Assembly: GCA_044892525.1 (NCBI GenBank)
Contig: CM097887.1
Location: 81,074,397 to 81,138,396 of the forward strand
DNA length: 64,000 nucleotides
DNA from: Schmidtea polychroa
Taxonomy: Eukaryota
Direction of reading: 5' to 3'
Position 1 is the first letter of the stretch. Every line of letters begins with the position of its first letter. Shown piece by piece: positions 25,795 to 36,600 of the stretch. The translations under genes were made by a program, and so were the position numbers. The notes beneath the pieces were generated by a model. That model saw only the letters and a list, made by a program, of their open reading frames with translations. It made no database searches and was not told where the DNA came from.

Positions 25795-25973
25795 GTACCC
25801 ATGATAACGAATCATGTTGGTACTGTACATATGGGTTGAGCCCTTGCGTTAGGACTACTCCTCCCGATATTCGCCATTCGGGTTCCTGAATGCCGTTAGA
25901 AGGACTTACATTGGTCTTATCAAGTACCTTTCGTCTCTACTATACATCTGGTTCAAGTGAGGTCGTTTCTAAT
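25795..25973. ncRNA. Conserved structured module, copy 2 (stem-loop 25795-25823; SL-like 25892-25921; HDV-like fold 25863-25973 on minus)
   Basis: GTACC-CATGAT-aacga-ATCATG-TT-GGTAC; about 85 bp alignable by eye with 61005-61085. Confidence 0.6.
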
Positions 25974-26177
25974 TTCCCTTTGTTTCGGAGCGACTGTCAA
26001 ATCAAGAAATGCTTTATGGTTATGAATCACGTAACAAAACACAATAACACTAGACATTCTACATGAAATTATATTAGATTCATTACAAATTAAACATTCA
26101 GCAATTAAGAACACTAATAAATCAATTCACACCATCACTGTTAATAAATACACTCCGATTCTGACACGAGCTGCGGT

Positions 26178-26979
26178 CTAATTCCCAAGCGTATATTTTT
26201 CAATTTCATACGAGCTCTCTTTCGTCGGTAGCATTTTGCCCTCGTCTATCATGGCGGCGATATCTGTCTCCAGGTATGGATCGTGAATGAGTACGGATGT
26301 GGTAGTCGGGATCATCCTATTTAAAGCAGTAGTTGATGCGACTAGCTTAGGCTGTGGTTGATTTTTCCTGGCCTCAGTGACGGCGAATAGAGACGCTTCC
26401 AATGCGGCGATCTCGTCTCGACATTTCTTTAATCGTTCCGCTCTAGTTAAGCGCTTTCACTTTCGGGATTTGATTGAACTGGAATGATATTCGGATTCAC
26501 TGGGGCGGCTAGTGGTATCGTAGTATCCGTGCGAGTAGGCTGCACTCGACTAGTTCCCGTGAAAATGATGTCGGATGTTATGACAGGAGATGTCTCTGAG
26601 CAATGACTGTGGCATCGTTAGGTGGAATAGATAATCATCTCATCTGTCCGAGGGTGAATTGGGAACACATTCAGCTTATCGATAAGCGGAAATTTGCTGA
26701 TACGGTGTTTTAATTCTGCCTCAGAATAAATTCGATGAAGGGCCTCAGACTAGGCCTTGATGATGAGGCAATAGGCAAGCTCTCGCGGCAGTGCTCGAGT
26801 CGTAAAATCTTCTTATTGGCTTACTTCATAAGTGGCGGGGAGAACAACGTGCTTTCTAGCGTGTTGATACGCTTCTTCAGAACCTCGATATAGTCGTTTA
26901 ATTGACGCAGATTTGCGTTTTTGTCGGCACACGAAAAGCAGGGTTTCGGGCCGCGTGATGGAAGGTTCGGTTCCGACAT
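26178..26979 (-). pseudogene. Decayed coiled-coil ORF of the multi-ORF element, cluster B
   Basis: MSEPNLPSRGPKPCFSCADKNANLRQLNDYIEVLKKRINTLESTLFSPPLMK*ANKKILRLE... then frameshifts to KRLTRAERLKKCRDEIAALEASL...; homologous to 18691-18260. Confidence 0.6.
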
Positions 26980-27404
26980 AAGCTAAAAATTCATAAAAAA
27001 CGTCATGGTGTGTTATCAAACTGCTTTGACCAATGAACAATCGAGGCTTTCTCAGTCGTGACACTACTCCCCGTTCGCATACATTCGATCAGCTATTCCC
27101 CGTAAATTCTACATTTTATTACTTCAAACCGACGGGACCTTTACTTGTCGTATCTATCCAAACCAATCATAACATTCTACAACATCCGGAGCGAGATTTG
27201 ATCACGGACTGCATGTGTCTACTTTACCTTTCATCCTACGGATGATTCCCCAAAATTGGTAACCTTCTTAGAGCGGGGTCTAACTATGTTTGACCATGCG
27301 GAATGGCATGGAATAAATAAAACCAAGAAAACTAATTTTAACGCAACCATAAGTTTTCCCATCTACAAGTTAGGTTCTACAAGATTACTCATTGTTAGAC
27401 CAAA

Positions 27405-27912
27405 ATAAATCAATTTTACTGGAGGGAAAAACTTGCATGGGCTGGTGATCGCATTCTCACCCTTTTGTTTGACTTAAACATAGAAGTTTTACCGCACTTC
27501 ACCCATGAAACGATATTTTTATAATTCGACTTATCATCTAATTTATTTACCATTCACTAAGTTTAACATCAACTACTATACATTTCAACTGGATTTAAGA
27601 TTAATTACGCTGTGACATTAATTATGTATGGAATAAACTAGACTTAAGGTGTATATAAAGGTGTACATAAATCAATTTTACTGGAGGGAAAAACTTGCAT
27701 GGGCTGGTGATCGCATTCTCACCCTTTTGTTTGACTTAAACATAGAAGTTTTACCGCACTTCACCTATGAAACGATATTTTTATAATTCGACTTATCATC
27801 TAATTTATTTACCATTCACTAAGTTTAACATCAACTACTATACATTTCAACTGGATTTAAGATTAATTACGCTGTGACATTAATTATGTATGGAATAAAC
27901 TAGACTTAAGGT
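27405..27912. repeat. Near-perfect 246-bp tandem direct duplication (27405-27650 and 27667-27912)
   Basis: Period 262 bp; one mismatch seen (CACCCATG/CACCTATG); 16-bp spacer. Confidence 0.92.
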
Positions 27913-28866
27913 AATTTCAAGATCAATTAGATGATGACAGCGATAAACATTGTGACTAGACTTGGAAATTAAGCAACGGCGGCACTAATTATTGTTTATA
28001 TTCAACGCTGATACACCAAACACCACTGAGATACATTCTCTATAGTGGTGGTTGGCGTGTAAAACAATTTCTCTCACCAATTTACTGTGAATCATCTTCA
28101 TCAATTTACATTCATTTACTGAATTACTTACAATAATGAATTTTTTTTGGAAATTTATTTTAGCCATTTTAGAAATGGCTTTCAGGTAAGATATTTAATT
28201 TTAAGTAAAGTTTAAATCTTGAATTTTGATCGATATGCGATCATTATTCAAGTTCTTAAATTTTACTTTTAGTCAACATTATAATTATAAATTATTTTTA
28301 ATTAATTTTTAGGCATTTTTGATATTTTATGACAAGTATTTTGGAATATTTTCGAAAAAAATGTGAGTTAGATATGTTTTTAATTATAATTAAATAAATG
28401 AATTACCAAAAATATTTACTTTTCTAAAACATTTTGGGAAAAATCACCGAATAATAAAAATAAAATAATTTTTGTAATTTTTTTTTCTGAGCTCAATATG
28501 AGGAGCTTCTTTCAGGAAAGCAAATATGGATTGAAAAGACATTGAACAAAATTCATCTGCTCTTGAAATTTCATTAAAAATATATTTTTAAAAATTTTCA
28601 GCGATCTTTTTTTATCCAAAAATTGTCTAAAATAGAATTATTATAGAAATGTATCTCAGCGGTGCATTTCGATGAATCAAAAGTTTGTATGTGTTTTTTA
28701 GTGTGTGTTGTGTTTGTGTGCAGTTTATAATTTTTCTTCCACTTTTCAGATTTCTATAATATAGGATGTATCTGACTGCACTCTAAATGAGAACATCAAC
28801 GTGAAATCAGAGTAAGTATGTATGTTTCTATAATGTAAGATTATTGATTTTTTTGTTATATTATAG

Positions 28867-29654
28867 GAAATGCATCTGAATGGCGTTTGGTGTATTCAAT
28901 CTCTACAAATTGTTTACAATATCTGACGATTATGAAGTGGCAGTTCTCTAAAATTGTTCACCGGTCGATGTTCAACAGTGCATCCTGTTTACTCTCATTC
29001 GTGACGATGAGTGACGGCGACTATTTCTCTCGGCCAATTTTGGATGTGACAAAGCCTACGAAAATTTCCAAGAATAAACCGGATGTTGTGTCAATTCCCT
29101 CAACGGTGGTGATAATCGGGAATGATCGTCAAAAAATGGAAATCTTATTGTTTATGCTACGTTTTCTGATTCTACATGATATCCTGGGTAGACTGTTAAT
29201 ACTTGCATCGGCTAACCGCGGAAAATTGATGGATTTTAATCGAATACATCGACTTATCGGCAAGTGTTGCAAATCGTTCTAGTCAACATCCTCTCAGAAA
29301 ATACGAGTCTGGACCAATTTCTCGACGATATCAAGTGTTACCGTTGGATTTATTGCTTCTTTGCAAAGATGTTCGCATGTAGTGAGTTGCTTATCAAACC
29401 TACCCAACGAAAGTAGTTGCCTGATGGAACGGATCTGGCATATACATTCATCAATCTATGCACATTACTGATCTAAAGAACCGATGCTCCCTAATTATCA
29501 TTTCCAAATACAAACAAATTTTAAACTTCCCACTTACAATCGCACCTCCGGCGTGCCTATATGCAAAGACAATCTGATTACCACCGGCACAAGTTCCAGC
29601 GACATCCAAATGTATTCCCAAACGGGTTTCGCCACACATATTAATGATAAATAA
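28867..29654 (+). CDS. Coding-like frame with two in-frame stops (29280, 29469); weak resemblance to FNIP/Lst4 proteins
   Basis: TTATAG acceptor at 28866; segments of 137, 62 and 60 codons in one frame; AATAAA signals after TAA 29654; STVVIIGNDRQKMEILLFMLRFLI and SSSDIQMYSQTGFATH recall FNIP motifs. Confidence 0.4.
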
Positions 29655-29739
29655 ATTAAAAATAAATTAAAAATAAATTCATGATTATAAAAATTTCGAT
29701 ACGCAATTTTCGGAAACTAATTTTATTCTAAAGTGCCTC

Positions 29740-30200
29740 ATGCCTTGTTGGTAGCATATTCGCCTTTTCTCGATCAATCCTGCCTGAGCGGCTTGTCTAT
29801 CCGATATCTAATAGTATCAACACATCTTCCCCTTATGACACAGATTCCACAGAACATTGCTTAGCCTGACTCGCTACGAAATATCTTTGACTTCCCCATT
29901 TACCGGGGTTTTCCTCTCTCTCACCTAAACCTCACTTCCTCCTTCTCTCCCAGGACTAACTCCTCATGTTTCTGACCATCATCTGTTGCTATGCTTCATC
30001 AGATCGTTCTCGATAAAATTGATTCTAATTCCTACCAGCAATTCTCGTTCCGATATTTCCTGTCTCAGGAAAGTGATCAATCGTTTCTCAACGGAGTCAC
30101 TTGCTCATCGATTCCTAACATTCTCCAGCCATTGCTTCAACATCTCAGATGCATTCATCATTCATAGATGTTGCCCAGAACACATTCAAATCATTCTTTT
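29740..30200 (-). pseudogene. Ty3/Gypsy gag-protease remnant
   Basis: Stop-ridden E/R-rich frame followed by GEDVLILLDIG (cf. retropepsin LLDTG). Confidence 0.45.
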
Positions 30201-31371
30201 CTGAAATGGCATTACTAAATCGCAAAATCATCGACAATTAATTTAATTTGCTAAGTTTAAATAAATGATGTAAAGAGAAAAAAGAGAGAACATTTGTTAA
30301 TATTTTAACCTATTTAAATGTTACATAGTAAAATAATTGCATATACATAAAATAAAAATAAATCAAAAATTTACATTCTTGCTAATTCTTATTTAACGAG
30401 TCCAAAATTCTCGAGTCGAGTACTATGCTGTGATTTCCAATTGACAATAAGGTTCGGAATTTATATTTAATGTTGAAATTGTCCCTAATGATTGACCGGA
30501 ATTAGAATTTTAACGATTGACCTGAATAAAATTTTTAAGAATTGAGGGAATCAGTCAAGTCGCTTTCTTATATACTAATTTTCGTCCAATCAGGATCCAG
30601 CTATTGTGTAAAGTTGTGTTTTTTCTCTTTTTTATTCTTTTTAACCCTTTTCTTAAGGTTGTTTATTTCTTTTATTTTGTAATTTATTAAATATTTTAAT
30701 TTTTCTTATTTTCCTCTTTCTTTTGTTGGATCCTGTTAGTTATTCGGTTTGTGATTTTGTATTCTATTCTTTTTTGTTTTTCTTAATTATCGTTTTATGT
30801 TGATTTTTTTCTGATATTTTGCTTTGCCTATCAGTCATGATTGTGTGTTCTGTTTGTTTAAGAGTTATTTGATGTCTATTTCGTTTTGGTGATTTTATTT
30901 ATTATTTTATTTTATTTATTATTTCTCCCTTTCCTTATTCTTCATTTTCCTTAATACTTGACTGATTAGCCTCAATTTGATGCTATACACAAGGTTTTAT
31001 TTAGTTATTTTACAGAAAAATTCAGGTTTTCCGGTTTTTAGCCCAACAAATCACTCCGGGGCCCGTTAAAATTGCGTCCCGCAATTTACATGCAAAACAA
31101 TATTCCTATACCTCCCACCATTTTTATAACTAAAACATAAAAAAATTTTTATTATAAGATAACGTGCAAATACAAGACAAGCAGGGGTCACTTAAGGTGA
31201 ACAGTTTTTTTATACAACCAATTCAAGTTCGTTCAGTTTGAATGTTAACCGCGTCAAACAAAATTGTCTAAAATATTGTTATGCTGGATTTTTGTTGGAT
31301 TTCGCAATCGTCTCTGGAGCTTCTGTTTGGGCGGTTTGGCACTATTGTTGAAGTGCTGAGTTGGATTGTGG

Positions 31372-33136
31372 CTAGGGTGTCCTTGTTTGTCCAAGTGCCT
31401 GAGGTTGGTTGGATTTCGGAGATTTACTGAATCGAACTGTTTTCTCTATTTTTTCAAATTTCTGAGAACATCTTATCTTCGATATTGGAGTGGCTTGGTG
31501 ATTTTTTTGCCACATTCGGTATGACTTATATGATTTCCAGGTGGCTAATATGAAGATGACGAGGGTTTCAATGATTATAATGTAGAGTAGGATACGGCTG
31601 TCTTTCGTTTCTTTTCGATGTATATCCTCTTTTTGGGATTGTTGAGTGACTTGTTGTTGAAGGAGGGATTCTAGTTGCTCGATTCTCTGGGTTTGGAAAA
31701 TGAGCTGCGCTTGGATTATCTGACAGACGGGTTAGGAAAAGTTTATTTTAACGGTTTATAACATTACAGGCCAATTAAGGCATAAGTAGAGAACTTCTTC
31801 AACCCTTCATTATAAAAAGATTTTACATAGCTCTCATAGGGCGTCGAGTCTAAGACTCGAGCGTCAAACGTTGTTTAACAATTTTCCATAGGCAGTTGAT
31901 GGAGGCCCATGTGTGTCGGAGTGTGCCAGATATGATCATGGGGTAGGGAGCCAAAAGCATCAGTGATATCGAGCCAGATGATGTGGAGTTCCGTTTTATT
32001 GCGGACAGAGAAGTCTTTGATGAGGTGTAGAGTTAGGTTATGTTCAGCGCTGCCATCCGGGGTGCCAATGGCTTTTTGGTTAGTGGTAAGTAGATTGGCT
32101 TGCCTGATCCAGGATAGGATGCGATGATTAAGGACAGAGGAAAAGATACGGTATGCAGTGTTCATGGCTCGTTTCATGTTTCCCTTGTTTAAGTATCAGT
32201 TTGGTCCGAAAGGTCTTCCAGCTTGCAGGGGGGGGGCATATCGAGGTGGAAAGTATGCTGTTACAGATAGCAAGAAGGGGTTCAATATCGAGGCATATCT
32301 TTTTCCAGTCAGGTAAGGTAATCTTGTCGATGCCTGGGGCAGTGTTGTCCGGTGAGGCGATAGTGGAGGAAGGTCATCAATGTCAATACGGATAGAAGAT
32401 GTATTTTCCGGAAATGAAGGAAACGATAAATCAGTGAGGTCGGATATGGGTGTATAGCCCCGAAGAGAAGAAGTATATTAGCCTTTGTGGGCCTATGTAG
32501 AGATACGGCCGCCCCAATGATTTTCCCAATCTCGTCTTTGGGTTTCGTGCGGAATCTGGTACGTTTAATGCATAGGAGCTCATTTTCCGATTTCAATTTT
32601 TTGTGCGCGGCGTCTGCTGGTTTTATTGTCTTGTATCTGTCTGGGTTGACGTTGCCATTCATTCGTTCAATCTCGTTAAGGGCTGATTGGACGTATATTA
32701 GGTTATGGGAAAGTTGTTCAGTGAGGTTTATGAGGAATATGTGGTATTTTCTGATATTACAAATAGGTATCCTATTATAGATGAAAGTTGAAATGATCTG
32801 CCTGAAAGTTGAGCATGTGGCCTAAGTCAGGAGTGGTAATGGGAGTGTGTGAGTTAAGGCATTTCAGAATGTGATATATGTATTGTGCAGACTCAAGTGG
32901 TGTCAAGCATCGTGGGTATTCAAGATTCGTTAGTGACAGGGTGACTTGGCTGACGATATTTTCCAGCACTGTTTCTGGATATTGTTGTAATAGCTTCTCA
33001 CGTCTACGATGGTGGTTAGTTGATTTAGATTGTGTAGATGATTCTCTGGGATCTTCGAGATTTTATGGGATGGTTGCTTCATAGGTAAACTATTTGCGAT
33101 GTGCTTCATTCCTATGAGGATTGCTCCGTACCACAT
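31372..33136 (-). pseudogene. Type I membrane (env-like) glycoprotein gene of cluster C, frameshifted and interrupted by an RT fragment
   Basis: Signal-like N-terminus MWYGAILIGMKHIANS; NLT sequon; Q-rich coiled coil IEQLESLLQQQ; TM ILLYIIIIETLVIFILATW (31593-31537); basic cytoplasmic tail to TAG 31372. Confidence 0.5.
31900..32600 (-). mobile_element. Internal fragment of an RLE-type non-LTR retrotransposon RT (R2/NeSL/Utopia group)
   Basis: DNTAPGIDKI, SWKTFRTKLILKQG, YRIFSSVLNHRIL, NQKAIGTPDGSAEHNLTL, LHIIWLDITDAFGSLPH (RT domains 0-3); no YADD, RLE or 3' end. Confidence 0.85.
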
Positions 33137-33239
33137 ACTAGTATACATATATTTTATTTACAATTTATTTACACCGTCTTTATTTATCTTTAGTTATCGG
33201 AGGGGTTTCCCTTATTAGCTTTCTCGGACAACCACATCA

Positions 33240-35786
33240 ATTTGGTTTTCCGCTTTTATTATTGGTTCCTTAGTTCTGGCATTATCCTCAATTGCTTATC
33301 CTTTTCATTCATTTGTTGGTTTAGTGTTTCTATCTTTTTCTTAAATGTTTTTATTTCTTACTTGGCTTTGATTAAACCTTTTTCGTTCATTTGTTGTAGG
33401 AAGTCATTTTCTCGTCCTCTCTTTCGTCCTCTTCTTTGTCGTCTATTTCTTGATATTTTTCACTCATTTTTCTCATTACTTCACATTCTCTTTTTTTTCT
33501 GGTGTAATTGATCTTGTAATTTTTTCAGGTTTTTCTGATATTTCCTTGCTTCCGTTTTCCAGTAATCGTTAATTACTTCTTCTGCGTTTGTGCTGGCTCT
33601 TTCTTGCCAAAGTTCTTCTGCGATTTTTTCCCAGTTTCTTCCTTGTTTTCTTTGTTCATGGAGCCACTCATTTTCCTCTTCTACTTCCTTCACTTCCTCC
33701 AATAATTTGTATTCTCTCTTTAATACTTTCACCATTCTTCGGTTATCTCTCCATCCCTTTATTAGTCTTGCATTCTCTTGTCTTTCCTCTTGTAATTTCT
33801 TTTTGATTATTTTCTTTCTTTCTACTATTTCCACTTCAATTTCTCTTTTCTCTAGCTCTATCGTTGGTGATTTTATTAATCTCTCGGTTTCTGAGTTCAT
33901 TTTCTATAATATTTACAATGGTTATTAATGCGCTATAGAGCGAATTATACATATACAATAATTTTCGGATTACATTTCTTGATTTATACAGAGGGTTACA
34001 GTCCCTTTACTACTATTATCGTACTATTAATTTTTTTTTGGGATATAGTTCCCAAATTTTATAGATTTTCTTATATTTTTACGTTTTTATCGATTCTACT
34101 TTATACGAATGTTTCCTCTTGACCCACATATCCTTCGTCACTTTCCACTGACGATTCTAAATGTATGGCAATTGGATCGTATGGTACATAGTACCTTGGG
34201 AGTTGTGCTCTTAGTTCATGCACTTCATCTCTTAGGGCTATGTAGATATTTAACTCTTTGTCGATCAGATATTTGAGGTATCTGGCTTCCTCATCTCTTA
34301 CCTCTATCTGTCTTTCCAACTCCTTTACTTTCTCATTCCCATTTCATTTTCCAGCTCTTTTTCCAAAGTTTTTATATTTTCGTCATACATCTTTCGTTCA
34401 TCGTTCATCTTTTTGTTCTTACCGGCCACCAATATGTTTCTTTGCTCTATTACCCCTCTGTGCCCGTTATTGTCTCTTTCGAGTTCCCTGACTTTATTGT
34501 TGAGCTCCGCGATTTTTCCTGCTTGCTGGGTTATTACTTCTTCCTTCAGTCTATTTTCCTGATCTTTCAATGCCAATTTAACTGGCAAATATCGCTCAAA
34601 TTCAATGGCTTTAGTATGCCATGTCTGACTACGTGCAGCGATCTTTCACAATCTCTTTAACTCTTCTCTTTGATTTAAAGTTTCCTCCCATTTTTCTTGC
34701 TCGTCAGCTAATCCAAATTTCTGCGGTAATTCTCGCATCTCTTCCTGTGTTTCTTAGCTTTCTCTTTTCCATCTTTTGGCCTGTCTCAGGATTTCGTTTG
34801 TTTTCTTTTCTTTTTTGTTTCTTTGTTTCTTCCATTTTTTATTATCGTCTTTTAACCTTTTCCTCGATTCGTTCACTAGCTGTTTTAAATAGTGGCTATG
34901 TGCCTATTGTCTTGTAGACTCTAATGCTGACCATTGGGCTGCTCTTTTATAGGTTTCGACCTCGGTTCTTAAATTCTGGTTCAGCCTTTGGAATTGTTTG
35001 CTCTCCCATTTTCGGGTTTCTTCTATTTCTACCCTCACCCTATTCATATACTGGTGGGTCACCTTTTCCCACTGTCTTTTAATATTTTCTGATATTGTGT
35101 GTTGGATTGTCGGGTTTCTGTTTTCTGTGACTCTTTCTTGGGTCATTCTACAAAATTTATACGATATTAATTTAGTTGGGTTTGTTTTGTTTATTTAATT
35201 GCATCGTCATTGTTTTCTGAATTTTCCGCGTTATTTTAATTTTTTGTGGCATCGGTTTTTCTACATTATTATATATAACTTTGTTCGGGTATATACACTA
35301 ATATATACAATTTTTTTATATACAATTTAATCCTCCCACTTTTATTCTGTTTGTCCAATCCCTTCCTTCTTGAATGACACCTTTATGTACACTGTGTCTT
35401 CTTTCACCTTCCTTTCTAGTTTCCACTGGGTAATGAAGTTGGTGCCCCTGTTGCTGATCCTTCTTGTTCTACGGGTCTTTTGTAACATACGTGGTTTCCT
35501 GTCGCTCTGAAACATTCCTCGTGGATGGTTTTGTCATTCAACATGCTAATGTCGACTTTGGCCCAGTAGGAAAAAAATTGAAAAGTGAGTTTCTTTTCCC
35601 GTTCCATTTGCGTCTGGGTAAGCCTTTAACCTCATCTTGTAACCGTTCTTCGATGAATAAAATGCTGGACTGAGTACTGTTATGTCTTTCCCGTCTTTGG
35701 CCCGTTGTATTTTTTCTTATATATATAAGGTTCGCAACTCGTAGATGTGACCAAGGAATCTGACGCATTTTTGAAAGACATTGCAT
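33240..35786 (-). pseudogene. Array of decayed co-oriented ORFs, mostly E/K/R coiled-coil (cluster C): starts near 35780, 35146 and 33900
   Basis: ORFs 35146-34904, 34588-34325, 34319-34101 and 33900-33481 chain through stops and frameshifts; strongly purine-rich coding strand. Confidence 0.6.
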
Positions 35787-35864
35787 TTATTTACGTTGAT
35801 CTGTAAATTATGGCGGTTCAAAATGTCAAGAACCGTGTGCAAAACTTTGGTGTGGGTTTTACGG

Positions 35865-35926
35865 TCATTTAAAATTATTTTAATAAATCATTGAAATATT
35901 TAATTCTCAGCTGAAAACACCTCACA
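35865..35926. repeat. 62-bp dispersed repeat, copy 2
   Basis: See 15982-16043. Confidence 0.85.
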
Positions 35927-35955
35927 GTCATATTGTAATTTGTTTGAGTGAAGAT

Positions 35956-36600
35956 TCACAAAAGTATAGCCTGGAAGGCATTTTTGTGCATGTAATCCGA
36001 AAAGATTGTGGTTAAAGCAATTGAAGTCATTCTTAAGGTTGACGGAGGATTTGTCCAAGAACATGCGATGTGACTTGTTCTAGCGTCGGATGAAAAATCT
36101 TTGTGATATAAACAAGTCAGGGGTGGAAAAGAGTTCGATTTGTTAGTTCTTTGGGCGTATGAAGTATATCGAGAGGTATTAATTATCGCGTTGACCGCTT
36201 TTGTCAAGGAAGATATCTGTTCTTGCAGTGAAAGATCAGAAACGGATGATGGAAGTGGGTGTGTTTCGAATAAGTTGTCTGGTGAGCAGTTTATCTGCAA
36301 TTTTTGCCAGGTGGAAGAGTCATCTAAATCGGCGACGAGGAGTGAGGTTTGAACGTGATGTTGGAGCGCTGTTAAAAATAGTGGCATAGGAGAGCAGTGT
36401 TCTTCGATAGTTCAGTATGAGCGTTTTCGAGTACTCGTACAAGTTGGCCTAAAAATGATGATAGGGCATGTTCTGAGTATGGAACGGGTTTTGATAGTAT
36501 GTCGATTGCTGAAGCGCTTTTGGGTGAATATTTTTTTGTATCACTCGTATGGACTTTCTGAGTCTAATGCGTCAGCTATTTGTGAACCTAATTCATACAT
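35956..36600 (-). pseudogene. Ty3/Gypsy gag remnant
   Basis: LFLTALQHHVQTSL, EQISSLTKAVNAI and CLYHKDFSSDARTSHIACSW (cf. the CxYHxxFGxxARxCxxPCSW gag motif). Confidence 0.7.

Noticed and set aside
31844-31860. Near-perfect palindrome TCGAGTCTAAGACTCGA near the RT junction
   Set aside because: Single occurrence lying inside the env-like reading frame; no independent support for a function
33242-34917. Hydrophobic F/L/S-rich plus-strand ORFs resembling membrane proteins
   Set aside because: Antisense shadows of purine-rich E/K coding sequence on the minus strand
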